Positions 1 through 11,700 of a stretch of DNA of 64,000 bases are shown here, piece by piece. The stretch comes from Takakia lepidozioides (lineage: Eukaryota > Plantae > Bryophyta): the NCBI GenBank assembly GCA_030704615.1, contig CM060731.1, positions 62,124,001-62,188,000 of the forward strand, written 5' to 3'. Every line of letters begins with the position of its first letter. Position 1 is the first letter of the stretch. Below the pieces are notes generated by a model. It had not been told where the DNA came from. It was given only the letters and a program-made list of their open reading frames with translations, and did no database searches. Both the position numbers and the translations under genes were made by a program.

Positions 1-1840
1 TTGCTGTTCAGGTCTGTGTTTTCTGTCACATGGGCAATTCGATTGATTGCTTGATACAGCTTGTGTCTACAATAAGTGAACACGCCAATAGCTGTCCAAT
101 GGTAATCTCTGCTTTGGTCTGACATATATACTTCAGCCAATCCCTTCATTACTCTGCATGTCTGCAGCTTCTTTCCTCCCTCATCCTCACTCAGTTCCTC
201 TTCTCTTTCAGAATCAGAGGAATCTGCCATAGGAATATCAGTACTCTTCTGCATTTCCCTTATGGTATCTGCCACCTCCTTGTGCAGTTCCTTCTCATCT
301 CTCCAAGCCTCATCATCTTCAGGCACATCACTGCCATCTTCATTATCATCATCTTCCTCAACTACTGGAGGTATTAGTTTGGCTTTGCTTCTCGTTACTA
401 TCATTTACTTACTTCTGGTACAACATGGCCTAACCATGTGAGCGCCCCACTAAGCCCTCATTCACAGTAGCTCTCATCTCATTCTGGTGTCTAATCCAGA
501 ATGAACAGGCTGCCTTTGTCCTGGCTGATTACAACAGTAACACAGTTCTTCACCATTGGGTCCTCGCCCTTGGTCTGCTCTAGGATTATTCTGTAATCCC
601 TGATTCCCTGGCTGGTAATTTCCCTTGGATTACCCTGATAGTTGCTTCTGGAATTTCCTTGGTAATTCCCTCTTGAATTACCTCTCCCTTCCATGCCATT
701 GTTTATAACCACCGGCCTACCATAGTGGTCCTGATCACTGTTTCTTTCTTGGCTGGGGCTGCACTTGATGCACCCTTACTTGCCTACGTTCTCTTGCAGC
801 TGTCCTTCTATTGTAGTAATAATTCTCAGTAGAATGGTTATCCATCTTACAGATGGTACAATGTTTCTCCTTCATGTGGCATTCAGTGGTGGTATGGCCT
901 TCATTCTGGCACTTTGCACACCAAACACCCTTCCTCCTCCAATGTGTGCAGGCCTCTGTGGGCATATTTTTTCAAGATTTCTTCTAATCTTTCTCATAGT
1001 TATCCCTCTTCAACTTCTCTTCTCCTTCTCTACTTCCTTTCAGTTCTTGCTCTTCTTTCTTCATCTGACTCATCCTCAAGTCCTCATCATCCCTTTTCTC
1101 TCTCCTGAGCATTCCCAATTGCTCAATTCTGTTTGTTATTTCAAATGCCTCCTCCACTGTATTATGGGGTAACATATCCACTTTCTTATGCAACTCTGGT
1201 CTTAGTCACTCACAAACCACGTCTTCTGTAAACCTGGTGCTGGTACAGCAGCCAGCTTTTTCATCATCAATTCCAATTTTTCCATATACTCCTCAACAGT
1301 TTCATGCTTCTTTTGCTTTAACTGTTGTAAGCTTCCATACACTTCATCCTCAGTTTTACTTGTCCTGAACCTATTTTGGAATGTTGTATTCAAGCCATTC
1401 CAGGTTAGGAAATGATTATCAGGAATCTTGCATACCATTCACTTGCTTTCTTGATAAGGGAACAAGGAAACAGTCTCATCTTGGCATCATCGCCATTCTC
1501 ATTGTTCACTATACACATGTGCTCAAATTGGCTAATGTGTACATCGGGATCCTTTTTTCCTGAATATATTGGAAAATGTGGTTTTGCCCGTGTTTGTTGT
1601 AACGCCATCTGTGGCCCTACCTTCTGCCCACTGACAGGTGCAGGCACCCTTGCTGGTGCTGGTCCTTGAAGACCTGTTGTAATTGTGGTGGATCTCCCAC
1701 CAAGTGGTGGCCCCTGAGCACTCCCTGCTACTGGCCCCACGATATTCACAGTATTCCCAGCTCCAATTGCACTACTTCCCACACTCCCTGTCCCCCCAGA
1801 GCCAGATCCAGGCTGCCCGCCTGATCCCCTTGAGCCGACA
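1..1840 (-). pseudogene. gag of family A copy 1 (middle and C-terminal part, CCHC zinc knuckles), frameshifted
   Basis: ORF fragments FPIYSGKKDPDVHISQFEHMC, CAKCQNEGHTTTEC, CTICKMDNHSTEN match gag at 9455-11700. Confidence 0.85.
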
Positions 1841-2560
1841 TGTCGCGGCCCTTTGCCTTGAGGGCAAGGGGGTCGGGACACATGAGGGGTTGCCCTTGTG
1901 GTGGGGCAGCAGCGATAGGTATTGGGGGCTGAAGCACCCTTGAGTGCCCAAGGCACCCAAGGAGGCGGAGGCGCTCACTAGGTGGAGCCCCGCACACCGG
2001 GTTGCGGTGGGGGTGGCTCCACAAGGGGTGGTGGTAGCTTAGCGGGACTTAGTGGGGGTGGCATTGGACTCACCATGGGGCGGAGACCTCGTGGTGGGAG
2101 TCGTGGGGAGTCTTGGACTCATCACGGTCCATAGGGGCCGTAGTGAGTGGGCCAAGACTCACCGCGACTCATCACCGGGAGTCGAGGGTTTTCGTGGTGG
2201 TTCGCCTTAAATGGCATGGCTGGTTGTGAAACCCCCGTAGACAACTACAGAAGTATATATAAAGGGAGTAGTGACCCCGAGAACGGTGCAAGCCCGTTGG
2301 TGACCAAAACTAGTGAGTAAGCGAGCGAGCCGGAAAGCGACCAAAGAGTGGGGAGCTGTTCCGGACTGCCATCTACCAAAGGGAATTCTCCTAGTCCCAA
2401 ATAGGTGGAGGGTTTAGTGGGAAGCGAAGGGGGACCGTTATGTCCCAGTGAGCAGCCGAAGCTCCAAGTTGGCCCGGGCGGCCAGGTGGGAGTCAGGCGC
2501 GCGCATCAAAGCGAGTAACTATGACTTGAAGGGGAGCTTATCGAAGTGAGGTGCGCGACA
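1841..2560 (+). repeat. 5' LTR of family B
   Basis: TG...CA ends, terminal inverted repeat TGTCGCG/CGCGACA, TATA-like GTATATATAAA near 2253. Confidence 0.95.
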
Positions 2561-2562
2561 CT

Positions 2563-2574
2563 TGGTATCAGAGC
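2563..2574 (+). promoter_or_regulatory. Primer binding site (tRNA-iMet)
   Basis: TGGTATCAGAGC, 2 nt after the LTR; canonical iMet PBS. Confidence 0.95.
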
Positions 2575-2615
2575 TTAGAGTTCAGTACGCGATCGTCCTT
2601 GGGATTGGCCTCATC

Positions 2616-5600
2616 ATGGGGTCGGGCAAGCCAAAGCGAAAGCGGACCGGCCCAAAAGATGATGATCCTGGTGAGCCCGATGGGCGACGTGTCACCGAAG
2701 CGGCCATTTGAGGAAGCGACGCAGGTTTCTGAAAGCGAGGCCGCTCAAGAGCGGGAGGAATCCGAGGAGTCGGAGCCCGAGGAATCCGTGAGAGCTCCGA
2801 CCGACCAACAGATGTCTCCCATGCCGGCAGCCTTTTGGGAAGGGTTGTTGGCGCAGTTTGGCGGGACGTTGAAAGACGTGTTGAAGGGCCTAATGCCACT
2901 TCCACTAAGGCAAAGTTTAAGGTGAAGCCTAAGGAACCCGGCACCTTCGAGGGCGTCCAAAATCGGAAGGCACTCAACACCTGGCTCCTGGAGCTAGAGC
3001 AGTACTTCCGGGCGGCCAAGTTGAGTGACGAGGATCGGGTGGAAGTGGCTCCCACCTATTTGAGGGGCTATGCTCAACAATGGTGGCAGAAACGCCTTCA
3101 CGACCGAGTCCAAGCCCGGAAACCTTGACTGAGTGGGTTCAAGGAATTGATGAAGAGACAGTTTGTGCCCCTCAACGCGTCCTGGCTTGCCCGGGACAAG
3201 ATGAGGAATTTCAAGCAAACAGATGACATTCGGGGGTATGTCCAGACTTTCAATGTGCTGTTGCTCGAAGTCGCGGACATGGCAGAACCAGAAATGGTCT
3301 TCAACTTTGTGGCGGGACTGGCCCCATGGGCCAGGCGGAAGTTGGAGGAGAAGCCACCCAAGACTTTGAACGAGGCAATTGAGAGGGCTAATGTTTCTCG
3401 GATGTCCCTAGGGGTGAGAGACAAGGCCGTACGGAGCTGAACCACAAGAAGACCCGGCGGGAAGGTGACTCCTCCCGACCGGAAAAGAAGTGGGATAGGC
3501 CACGCGGCGACAATGGCATGTGGAAATCGAAGGGAGGGCCTTCACACGTCAAGGCGGCACCCGGTGCTTTCGAAAGGAAAAGCGGTGGAGCGGCTTATGG
3601 CGGACAGAAGGCGACCTTTGATGGAGTGTGTTTCAATTGCGGGAGCCTGGCACATGTCCAAGAAGTGCACAAAAACTCGACAATTGAACATGACTCGGGC
3701 AACCACGGAGCTGTCGGAAGATACCATCAGTCGCTTGGTGGAAGCGGTGGTCGCCAGGACTTGCAAGGTAGGCAACTATTCTTGTGAGTTGTATCAGGAA
3801 ACTGGCGCCCTGCGTAAAGGGAGTCAGTTATTGTTCGTGGATGGGATAATATCCGGAACTAACGTGTCGTTGTTGGTGGACACAGGAGCATCGCACTCCT
3901 TCATGACGCCGGCGGCGGCACGAAAGTTGGGACTCCCGACAAGTGACGTGGGGGCCTCTATTGAGGTGCGTTCTACAAAAGAAGAACCACAGTTGGCGAC
4001 AAGGTTGGCGTTTGATGTTCCTCTTCAACTGGGGAGTTGGGAGGACGTGAGAACTTCACCATCTGCGAGATCGATGGAGTGGATCTCATTTTGGGGATGA
4101 CCTTTTTGAGCAAATCCGGAGCGTCATAGATGGCCGCAAGAGAGTAGTCACGCTGCCATGTGGGAATGGTGGCGAGGTTTTACGAGTGTCAGAAACGCCC
4201 AAATCCGTGGGAGGGCGAATAAACCTTCTGTCAGCAAAGGAGTGGGCCGTGGAGGAGGCACACGAGCCCCAATTTTTGCTTTACATTAGAGAAGTGAAAG
4301 GAGAAGGCGATGGGGAGCCGAGCCCAGATTGGATCAAGGGGATTTTGGAGAAATACCAGGATGTGATGCCGGAGGATTTACCAAGCGGCTTGCCACCACG
4401 AAGAGGAGTTGACCACAAGATTGAGGTGATACTGGGATCGGAACCGCCTGCCAAGGCGCCCTACCGGTTGAGCCACAGAGAGTTGGTCGAGCTGAAGACT
4501 CAGCTCAAGGATCTAATGTCAAAGGGGTATATCCGGCTGAGTAAGTCACCTTACGGAGCCCCGGTGCTATTTGCAGACAAGAAGGATGGGACGCTGCGGA
4601 TGTGTGTTGATTACAGGGCTCTAAATAATGTGACTATCAAAAACCGGTACCCTTTGCCAAGGATCGACGACCTCTTCGATCGGTTGGCAGGAGCGAAGTA
4701 TTTCAGCGGATCGACTTGCGCTCCGGCTATCATCAAATTCGGGTGGCGGAAGGAGATGAAGAGAAGACCGCGTGCAGGACAAGGTATGGTTCATATGAGT
4801 TCTTGGTGATGCCTTTTGGGCTCACCAATGCACCAGCAACATTTAGCACGCTGATGAACAGCCTTTTCCAGGAGTGGTTGGATGACTTTGTGATCGTGTA
4901 CATCAACGACATCTTGGTGTACTCAAAAACAAAGGAAGAACACCTGGAGCACCTAAAAAGGGTGTTCCAAAAATTGCGAGAAGGGAAGCTGTATGCCAAA
5001 GCTTCAAAGTGCGAATTTGGGTCACAAAAGTGGAGTTCCTGGGGCATGTGATTACACAGGATGGGATCAAAATGGATGACGGAAAGGTGAGGGCGATCTT
5101 GGACTGGGAGCCTCCGACTTCGGTCCCGGAGTGCGATCCTTCCTAGGACTCGCCTCCTATTACCGGAAGTATGTGAGAAATTTCGCCAAGATCGTGGGGC
5201 CGTTGTCGGACCTTCTGTGTAAATCCAAAGTCTGGGAATGGAATACATTTTGTGGCCAAGCTTTTGCTGAATTGAAGCAGCGGATGGCGGAAGCTCCAGT
5301 CTTGAAAATCCCGGAGTTCGATCGTCCATTTGAGATTCATACAGATGCGTCGGACTTCGCGATTGGGGTGTACTTATGCAAGATGGACGTCCAGTGGCTT
5401 ACGAAAGTAAGAAACTGAATGAAGTGGAGCGACGGTGGCCGACGCACGAAAAGAGATGAAGGCGGTGGTGCATTGCCTCGAGCTTTGGCGCCACTATGTT
5501 GGTTCCAACCCAGTGAAGGTGTTCACGGACAATGTCACGGTGAAGTATTTTGCCACGCAGCCCAAGTTGTCCCAAAACAACTTAGGTGGCAAGATACTTT

Positions 5601-6420
5601 GGCGGTGTTCGACGTGGATATCCAGTACAAACCGGGACGAGACAACGTGGTGGCCGATGCTTTAAGTAGAAAGCAGCAGCTCTTGTTGGTGTACAAGGGC
5701 GAGACGGCGTTTCAAAGGAAGATCCGGAAGGCTTGCCGGAAGGATGAGCTGGCAAAGTCCGCGATGCAGGACTTGAGGATGGGGGGTAAATCGTAGTTCC
5801 ACTTGCAAAATGGACTGCTCCGGTATAAGCAAAAACGTCTCTACATGCCGAAGGGAGGGATCAGAGATAGCCTCTTGAGAGAATGCCATGATAGCCCGCT
5901 TGCGGGCCACGGCGGAGCCAAGCGCACTGCGTCACTCTTGAAGAAAGAGTATTTCTGGCCCAAACTGAGGGAGGAGGCAGAGGAGTATGTCAAGACATGC
6001 ACCACATGCCAACAAAACCGGAGCGAGTACAAAAAGCAAGCGGGGCTGTTACAACCCTTGCCAATTCCAGAGGGGACTTGGGAAAACGTCTCGATGGATT
6101 TCATGACTGCTATGCCGCTGTCAAAAGGATTCGATGCAATCATGGTGGTGGTGGATAGGTTCAGTAAAATGGGCCATTTCATCCCCACCAAGGAGACGGC
6201 AACGGCGCAGGAGATAGGGCGACTTTACTTCGCCCACGTCTTAAAACATCATGGAGTCCCGAAGGATATTGTCTCGGACCGCGATCCAAAGTTTACGAGT
6301 AAATTTTGGAGGGCACTTTGGAAGAAGATGGGGACGAGGCTGAAGATGAGCACCGCCTTCCGACCTACGACCGACGGCCAAACAGAATATAACTGCGCTA
6401 CCGAGGGGGTTGCCTTGTAG
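2616..6420 (+). pseudogene. gag-pol of family B (gag, protease, RT, RNase H, integrase), frameshifted; integrase truncated after DGQTE
   Basis: WLLELEQYF (gag); LLVDTGASHSF (protease); [24 protein letters not shown] and YINDILVYS (RT); HTDASDFAIG (RNase H); HDSPLAGH..CTTC, SMDF, VSDRDPKF (integrase). Confidence 0.9.
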
Positions 6421-6940
6421 TGCGGGCTAACGCGGAAGCTACGTGCTTCCGTTCACGTACTATAATCGTGTTGCCTCGGGATGAAGTCGTATTGCGGCTT
6501 CGGCGTGTTCCCGTACCTCAGGCCAGCATTCCAAGGCGGACCCAATTGTAGTGATTGGGCGCACGGTTGGTTCAAGGTTATCTTCCTAGTCAAAGAGGGT
6601 TCTAGGTGAACCCTTGCTCAAGGTGATGCCAAAAGCGGCATCATGAGCGATCGCAAGCAATGTTGTTGCAGTAAGGCGATTCGATCCTCGGGGAGGATCG
6701 TTCCTTGGCCTTGAAGTAGGCCAAGAAGAGTGCACTGGGAGGAGCTGAAGAGGCTCCATCCTTGGCCGGGACTTGGAGGAAGTCGGCCGAACTAGCTAGT
6801 GGAGAGTAGAGTCAAGTGTGGGGTTTGGTTCTTTGCCATGGGACGCCATGGTACGGAAACAAACTCCTTGATGTGGGACGCCACAACTTGGATGTTCGTT
6901 TCTACAAAATGAAAGTTGATGAGGACATCGACTCCCTGTT

Positions 6941-6952
6941 GGTAGGGGTGTG
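6941..6952 (+). promoter_or_regulatory. Polypurine tract of family B
   Basis: GGTAGGGGTGTG directly before the 3' LTR. Confidence 0.6.
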
Positions 6953-7675
6953 TGTCGCGGCCCTTTGCCTTGAGGGCAAGGGGGTCGGGACACATGAGGG
7001 GTTGCCCCTGTGGTGGGGGCAGGCAGCGATAGGTATGGGGGGCTGAAGCACCCTTGAGTGCCCAAGGCACCCAAGGAGGCGGAGGCGCTCACTAGGTGGA
7101 GCTCCGCACACCGGGTTGCGGTGGGGGTGGCTCTACAAGGGGTGGTGGTAGCTTAGCGGGACTTAGTGGGGGTGGCATAGGACTCACCATGGGGGGAGAC
7201 CTCGTGGTGGGAGTCGTGGGGAGTCTTGGGACTCATCACGGTCCATAGGGGCCGTAGTGAGTGGGCCAAGACTCACCGCGACTCATCACCGGGAGTCGAG
7301 GGTTTTCGTGGTGGTTCGCCATAAATGGCATGGCTGGTTGTGAAACCCCCGCGGACAGCTACAGAAGTATGTATAAGGGGAGTAGTGACCCCGAGAACGG
7401 TGCAAGCCCGTTGGTGACCAAAAACTAGTGAGTAAGCGAGCGAGCCGGAAAGCGACCAAAGAGTGGGGAGCTGTTCCGGACTGCCATCTACCAAAGGGAA
7501 TTCTCCTAGTCCCAAATAGGTGAGGGTTTAGTGGGAAGCGAAGGGGGACCGTTATGTCCCGGTGAGCAGCCGAAGCTCCAAGTTGGCCCGGGCGGCCAGG
7601 TTGGGAGTCAGGCGCGCGCATCAAAGCGAGTAACTATGACTTGAAGGGGAGCTTATCGAAGTGAGGTGCGCGACA
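6953..7675 (+). repeat. 3' LTR of family B
   Basis: Direct repeat of 1841-2560 with scattered substitutions and indels. Confidence 0.95.
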
Positions 7676-8193
7676 CGACACCTTCGTTGGCCTGTGATCC
7701 AAGTGCTCCACTTGATCCAGGTCCAACGGGTTGGGATGTCCTGGTTGTAGTCTCAACCTCAGTTGTTGGGTCTACTTCTTCATACTCTTCCTCTTCCAAT
7801 TTCTTCTCTCTATTTTCATCCTCCAAGTTCTGCCCTTGGGTTTCTTCTTGACTCATGTAACTCAACTGTAATGGTGTTGGAGAGTCTGAATCTCTCGTTG
7901 GCTCTGCCACATCCCTCTCCTTCTTCACCTTCCGTTTCAGAAACTGGAGTTCCTGCTTTTGGTGTTCCATGCCAACTCTTATCAAAGATTTCTGTCAAAT
8001 CTTTTATCCAGGGATGTACCTCAGATCTTTCACCTCTTAATTGATCTTCTTCCCGTACGAATTCCCTTAATCTTTCTTGCAAAGAAAAAGAAGGAGTGGC
8101 ATCCAACTCTAGTTCTTCCGGTATGGGTGATGTACTCTCTGATCTTAATGGTGTGAGAGGTCCAGATGATTCCCCTATGTCTATTCCTCTCTC
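7676..8193 (-). pseudogene. gag N-terminal segment of family A copy 1
   Basis: RGIDIGESSGPLTPLRSEST... matches 9541-10050. Continues from the gag ATG at 20850 (minus strand) across the inserted copy 2. Confidence 0.85.
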
Positions 8194-8857
8194 GGCATAG
8201 TTTGACACAGCTTATCACAGTACATAGGGAACAGTTATCATTGGCAGGGAACGACTGTGAAGGAACGACATCTGCAGAAAGAACGTGTTACATTAGGGAT
8301 GACGGTTAATTGTTAGCAAGGTGGTTAGAACAGCTTGTAGGTAGATAAAGCGGAGAGTGGAGACTTCTAGGGGGGACACACTTCGGGGAGCACTGCTTGG
8401 TCATGGAGGAGAGGAGATCAAGCGGAGAGCAAGAACGAGAGCACGGAGAAGGAGGAGAGATGTACAGTAGATGTTTATTTCAGGCAGACTGGTAGTGATA
8501 CTGTAGAGTGGATTAGAGTCACTTGACATTGGCCTAGTACCTGATAAATCATAATCTGATACTTATTCGATACAAGCACACTGTGTAGAGAGACATGAGT
8601 GAAGCTGTGAAATGAATGCATGATTAACTGGAACTAAAAGATACTGAAGCAAACTGATGCTTCAGTATCAGATAAGGTAAATTGATAACATGAAGGCAAG
8701 AAGGAATACAAAGGGGAAGCACAACCATGATTCACTAGCTGCAGGTCATGACTGATTGTACTGAGCGGGCTGAGTGCTTGGAGATATCCAACTCTTCTAT
8801 CTTGGAGTTTCCACCTCGGATAGCGAAGGGATGTGTGAGTAAAAGCCGCTTGACATT

Positions 8858-8875
8858 TGGCGACCATACTGGGGA
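8858..8875 (+). promoter_or_regulatory. Primer binding site (tRNA-Arg)
   Basis: 18-nt TGGCGACCATACTGGGGA 2 nt after the LTR end. It is complementary to the tRNA 3' end copied at 20588-20605. Confidence 0.9.
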
Positions 8876-9454
8876 ACTAAGTCTTGAACAACCAGATGTG
8901 ACAGGCATCTGGTGGGATCATGGTGGTTGGAGAATTAAAGAATTTGATGTGAATCAAATTCCCTGTGAAACTGAGAAGGAAAGATTGTCCGAACGATTCT
9001 TTCAGAGGTTCTTGGAATTGCCAGACGGTTGTAAAGAAAACATTCTTAAAAGAGTGCATGATGCTGACCCTGAGTGGGGTCTGAAAGGAGTGATAAAGAT
9101 TTATCAGGTGGCCTGTAGAGGAAGAGCACGTTGGTTACCAACACTGGTTTATGTGATAGCATTGCTATCCATTAAGCGAGTAGAGTTTGAAGGCTGGGAG
9201 GAAAGGAAGGTGAATGTTTATACTCATATGCATGAAGAGCTTGTACTGGTAAAGAATTGGATTCCAAGGATATTTTGTGGATCAAACTCACACCAAGAAC
9301 TTTCCAGACTTGTTTGCCATATGGTTATATGGTAACGGAGACTTCTAATATAGCCAAGGGTGCATTGAAGCTTGAAAGAAACCCAGGCATATACGAGAGA
9401 TACTACAGAAGAGTTTTGGTTATTGCCACATTAAAGAAATGAAAGACATGGGAC

Positions 9455-11700
9455 ATGAGTGATGAAAGAGAAGCTAGACTCCAGAGATATTCAGCAAAAA
9501 GAGAAAGTTATCTGAAAGCTAATTATCCATATCTTTGGGAGAGAGGAATAGACATAGGGGAATCATCTGGACCTCTCACACCATTAAGATCAGAGAGTAC
9601 ATCACCCATACCGGAACTAGAGTTGGATGCCACTCCTTCTTTTTCTTTGCAAGAAAGATTAAGGGAATTGGTACGGGAAGAAGATCAATCACGAGGTGAA
9701 AGATCTGAGGTACATCCCTGGATAAAAGATTTGACAGAAATCTTTGATAAGAGTTGGCATGGAACACCAAAAGCAGGAACTCCAGTTTCTGAAAGGGAAG
9801 GTGAAGAAGGAGGAGAGGATGTGGCAGAGCCAACGGAGAGTTCAGACTCTCCAACACCATTACAGTTGAGTTACATGAGTGAAGAAGAAACCCAAGGGCA
9901 GAACTTGGAGGATGAAAATAGAGAGAAGAAATTGGAAGAGGAAGAGTATGAAGAAGTAGACCCAACAGCTGAGGTTGAGACTACAACCAGGACATCCCAA
10001 CCCGTTGGACCTGGATCAAGTGGAGCACTTGGATCACAGGCCAACGAAGGTGTCGGCTCAGGGGGATCAGGCGGGCAGCCTGGATCTGGCTCTGGGGGGA
10101 CAGGGAGTGTGGGAAGTAGTGCAACTGGAGCTGGGAATACTGTGAATATCGTGGGGCCAGTAGCAGGGAGTGCTCAGGGGCCACACTTGGTGGGGATCCA
10201 CCACAATTACAACAGGTCCTCAAGGACCAGCACCAGCAAGGGTGCCAGCACCTGTCAGTGGGCAAAGGTAGGGCCACAGATGGCGTTACAACCAACACGG
10301 GCAAAACCACCTTTTCCAATATATTCAGGAAAAGGGGATCCCGATGTACACATTAGCCAATTTGAGCACATGTGTATAGTGAACAATGAGAATGGCGATG
10401 ATGCCAAGATGAGATTGTTTCCTTGTTCACTTATCAAGAAAGCAAGTGTATGGAATTTTACAACAGTTAAAGCAAAAGAAGCATGAAACTGTTGAGGAGT
10501 ATATGGAAAAATGGAATTGATGATGAAAAAGCTGGCTGTTGTACCAGCACCAGGTTTACAGAAGACTGGTTTGTGAGTGGACTAAGACCAGAGTTGCAAG
10601 AAAGTGGATATGTTACCCCATAATACAGTGGAGGAGGCATTTGAAAGCAACAATTGAGCAATTGGGAATGCTCAGGAGAGAGAAAAGGATGATGAGGACT
10701 TGAGGATGAGTCAAATGAAGAAGAAGAGCAAGAACTGAAAAGGAAGAGTAAGAGAAAGGAGAAGTTGAAGAGGGATAACTATGAGAAAAGATTAGAAGAA
10801 ATCTTGAAAAAGTATGCCACAGAGGCTGCAACACATTGGAGGAAGGGTGTTTGGTGTGCAAAGTGCCAGAATGAAGGCCATACCACCACTGAATGCCACA
10901 TGAAGGAGAAACATTGTACTATCTGTAAGATGGATAACCATTCTACTGAGAATTGTTACTACAACAGAAGGACAGCTGCAAGAGAACCTAGGCAAGTAAG
11001 GGTGCATCAAGTGCAGCCCCAGCCAAGAAGGGGGAATTACCAGCCAGGGAATCAGGATTACAGAAATAATCCTAGAGCAGACCAAGGGCGAGGACCCAAT
11101 GGTGAAGAACTGTGTTACTATTGTAATCAGCCAGGACAATGCATCCTGTTCATTCTGGATTAGACACCAGCATGAGATGAGAGCTCCTGTGAATGAGGGC
11201 CCAGTGGTGGCAGCTCACATGGTTAGGCCATGTGTTGTACCAGAAGTAAGTACAATGATAGTAACAGAAGCAAAGCCAAACTAATACCTCCAGTAGTTGA
11301 GGAAGATGATGATAATGAAGATGGCAGTGATGTGCCTGAAGATGATGAGGCTTGGAGAGATGAGAAGGAACTGCACAAGGAAGTGGCAGATACCATAAGG
11401 GAAATGCAGAAGAGTACTGATATTCCTATGGCAGATTCCTCTGATTCTGAAAGAAGAGGAAGTGAGTGAGGATGAAGGGAGGAAAGAAGCTGCAGACATG
11501 CAGAGTAATGAAGGGACTTTGGCTGAAGTAATATGCCAGACCCAAGCAGAGATTACCATTGGACAGCTATTGGCTGTGGCACCTTATTGTAGACACAGGC
11601 TGTATCAAGCAATCAATCGAATTGCCCATGTGACAGGAAACACAGACCTGAACAGCAAGGTGACCAGTTATAATGTGAAGCCGGAAGGGCGAGAACATGG
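9455..11700 (+). pseudogene. gag of family A copy 2, frameshifted, with internal deletions relative to copy 1
   Basis: MSDEREARL... start; DPDVHISQFE; knuckles CAKC..H..C, CTIC..H..C and CYYCNQPG. Confidence 0.85.

Larger units (their letters stand above)
1841..7675 (+). mobile_element. Ty3/Gypsy LTR retrotransposon family B (tRNA-iMet primed, chromovirus-like RT), nested in gag of A copy 1
   Basis: Near-identical LTRs 1841-2560 and 6953-7675 (TGTCGCG...CGCGACA). 5-bp TSD CGACA at 1836-1840 and 7676-7680. The empty site is visible in copy 2 near 10040-10065. Confidence 0.95.

Noticed and set aside
8748-9442. Protein-coding ORFs in the family A leader
   Set aside because: The first ORF starts inside the LTR and crosses the PBS, frames differ between the two copies, and no motif is recognisable. 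A small upstream ORF cannot be excluded.
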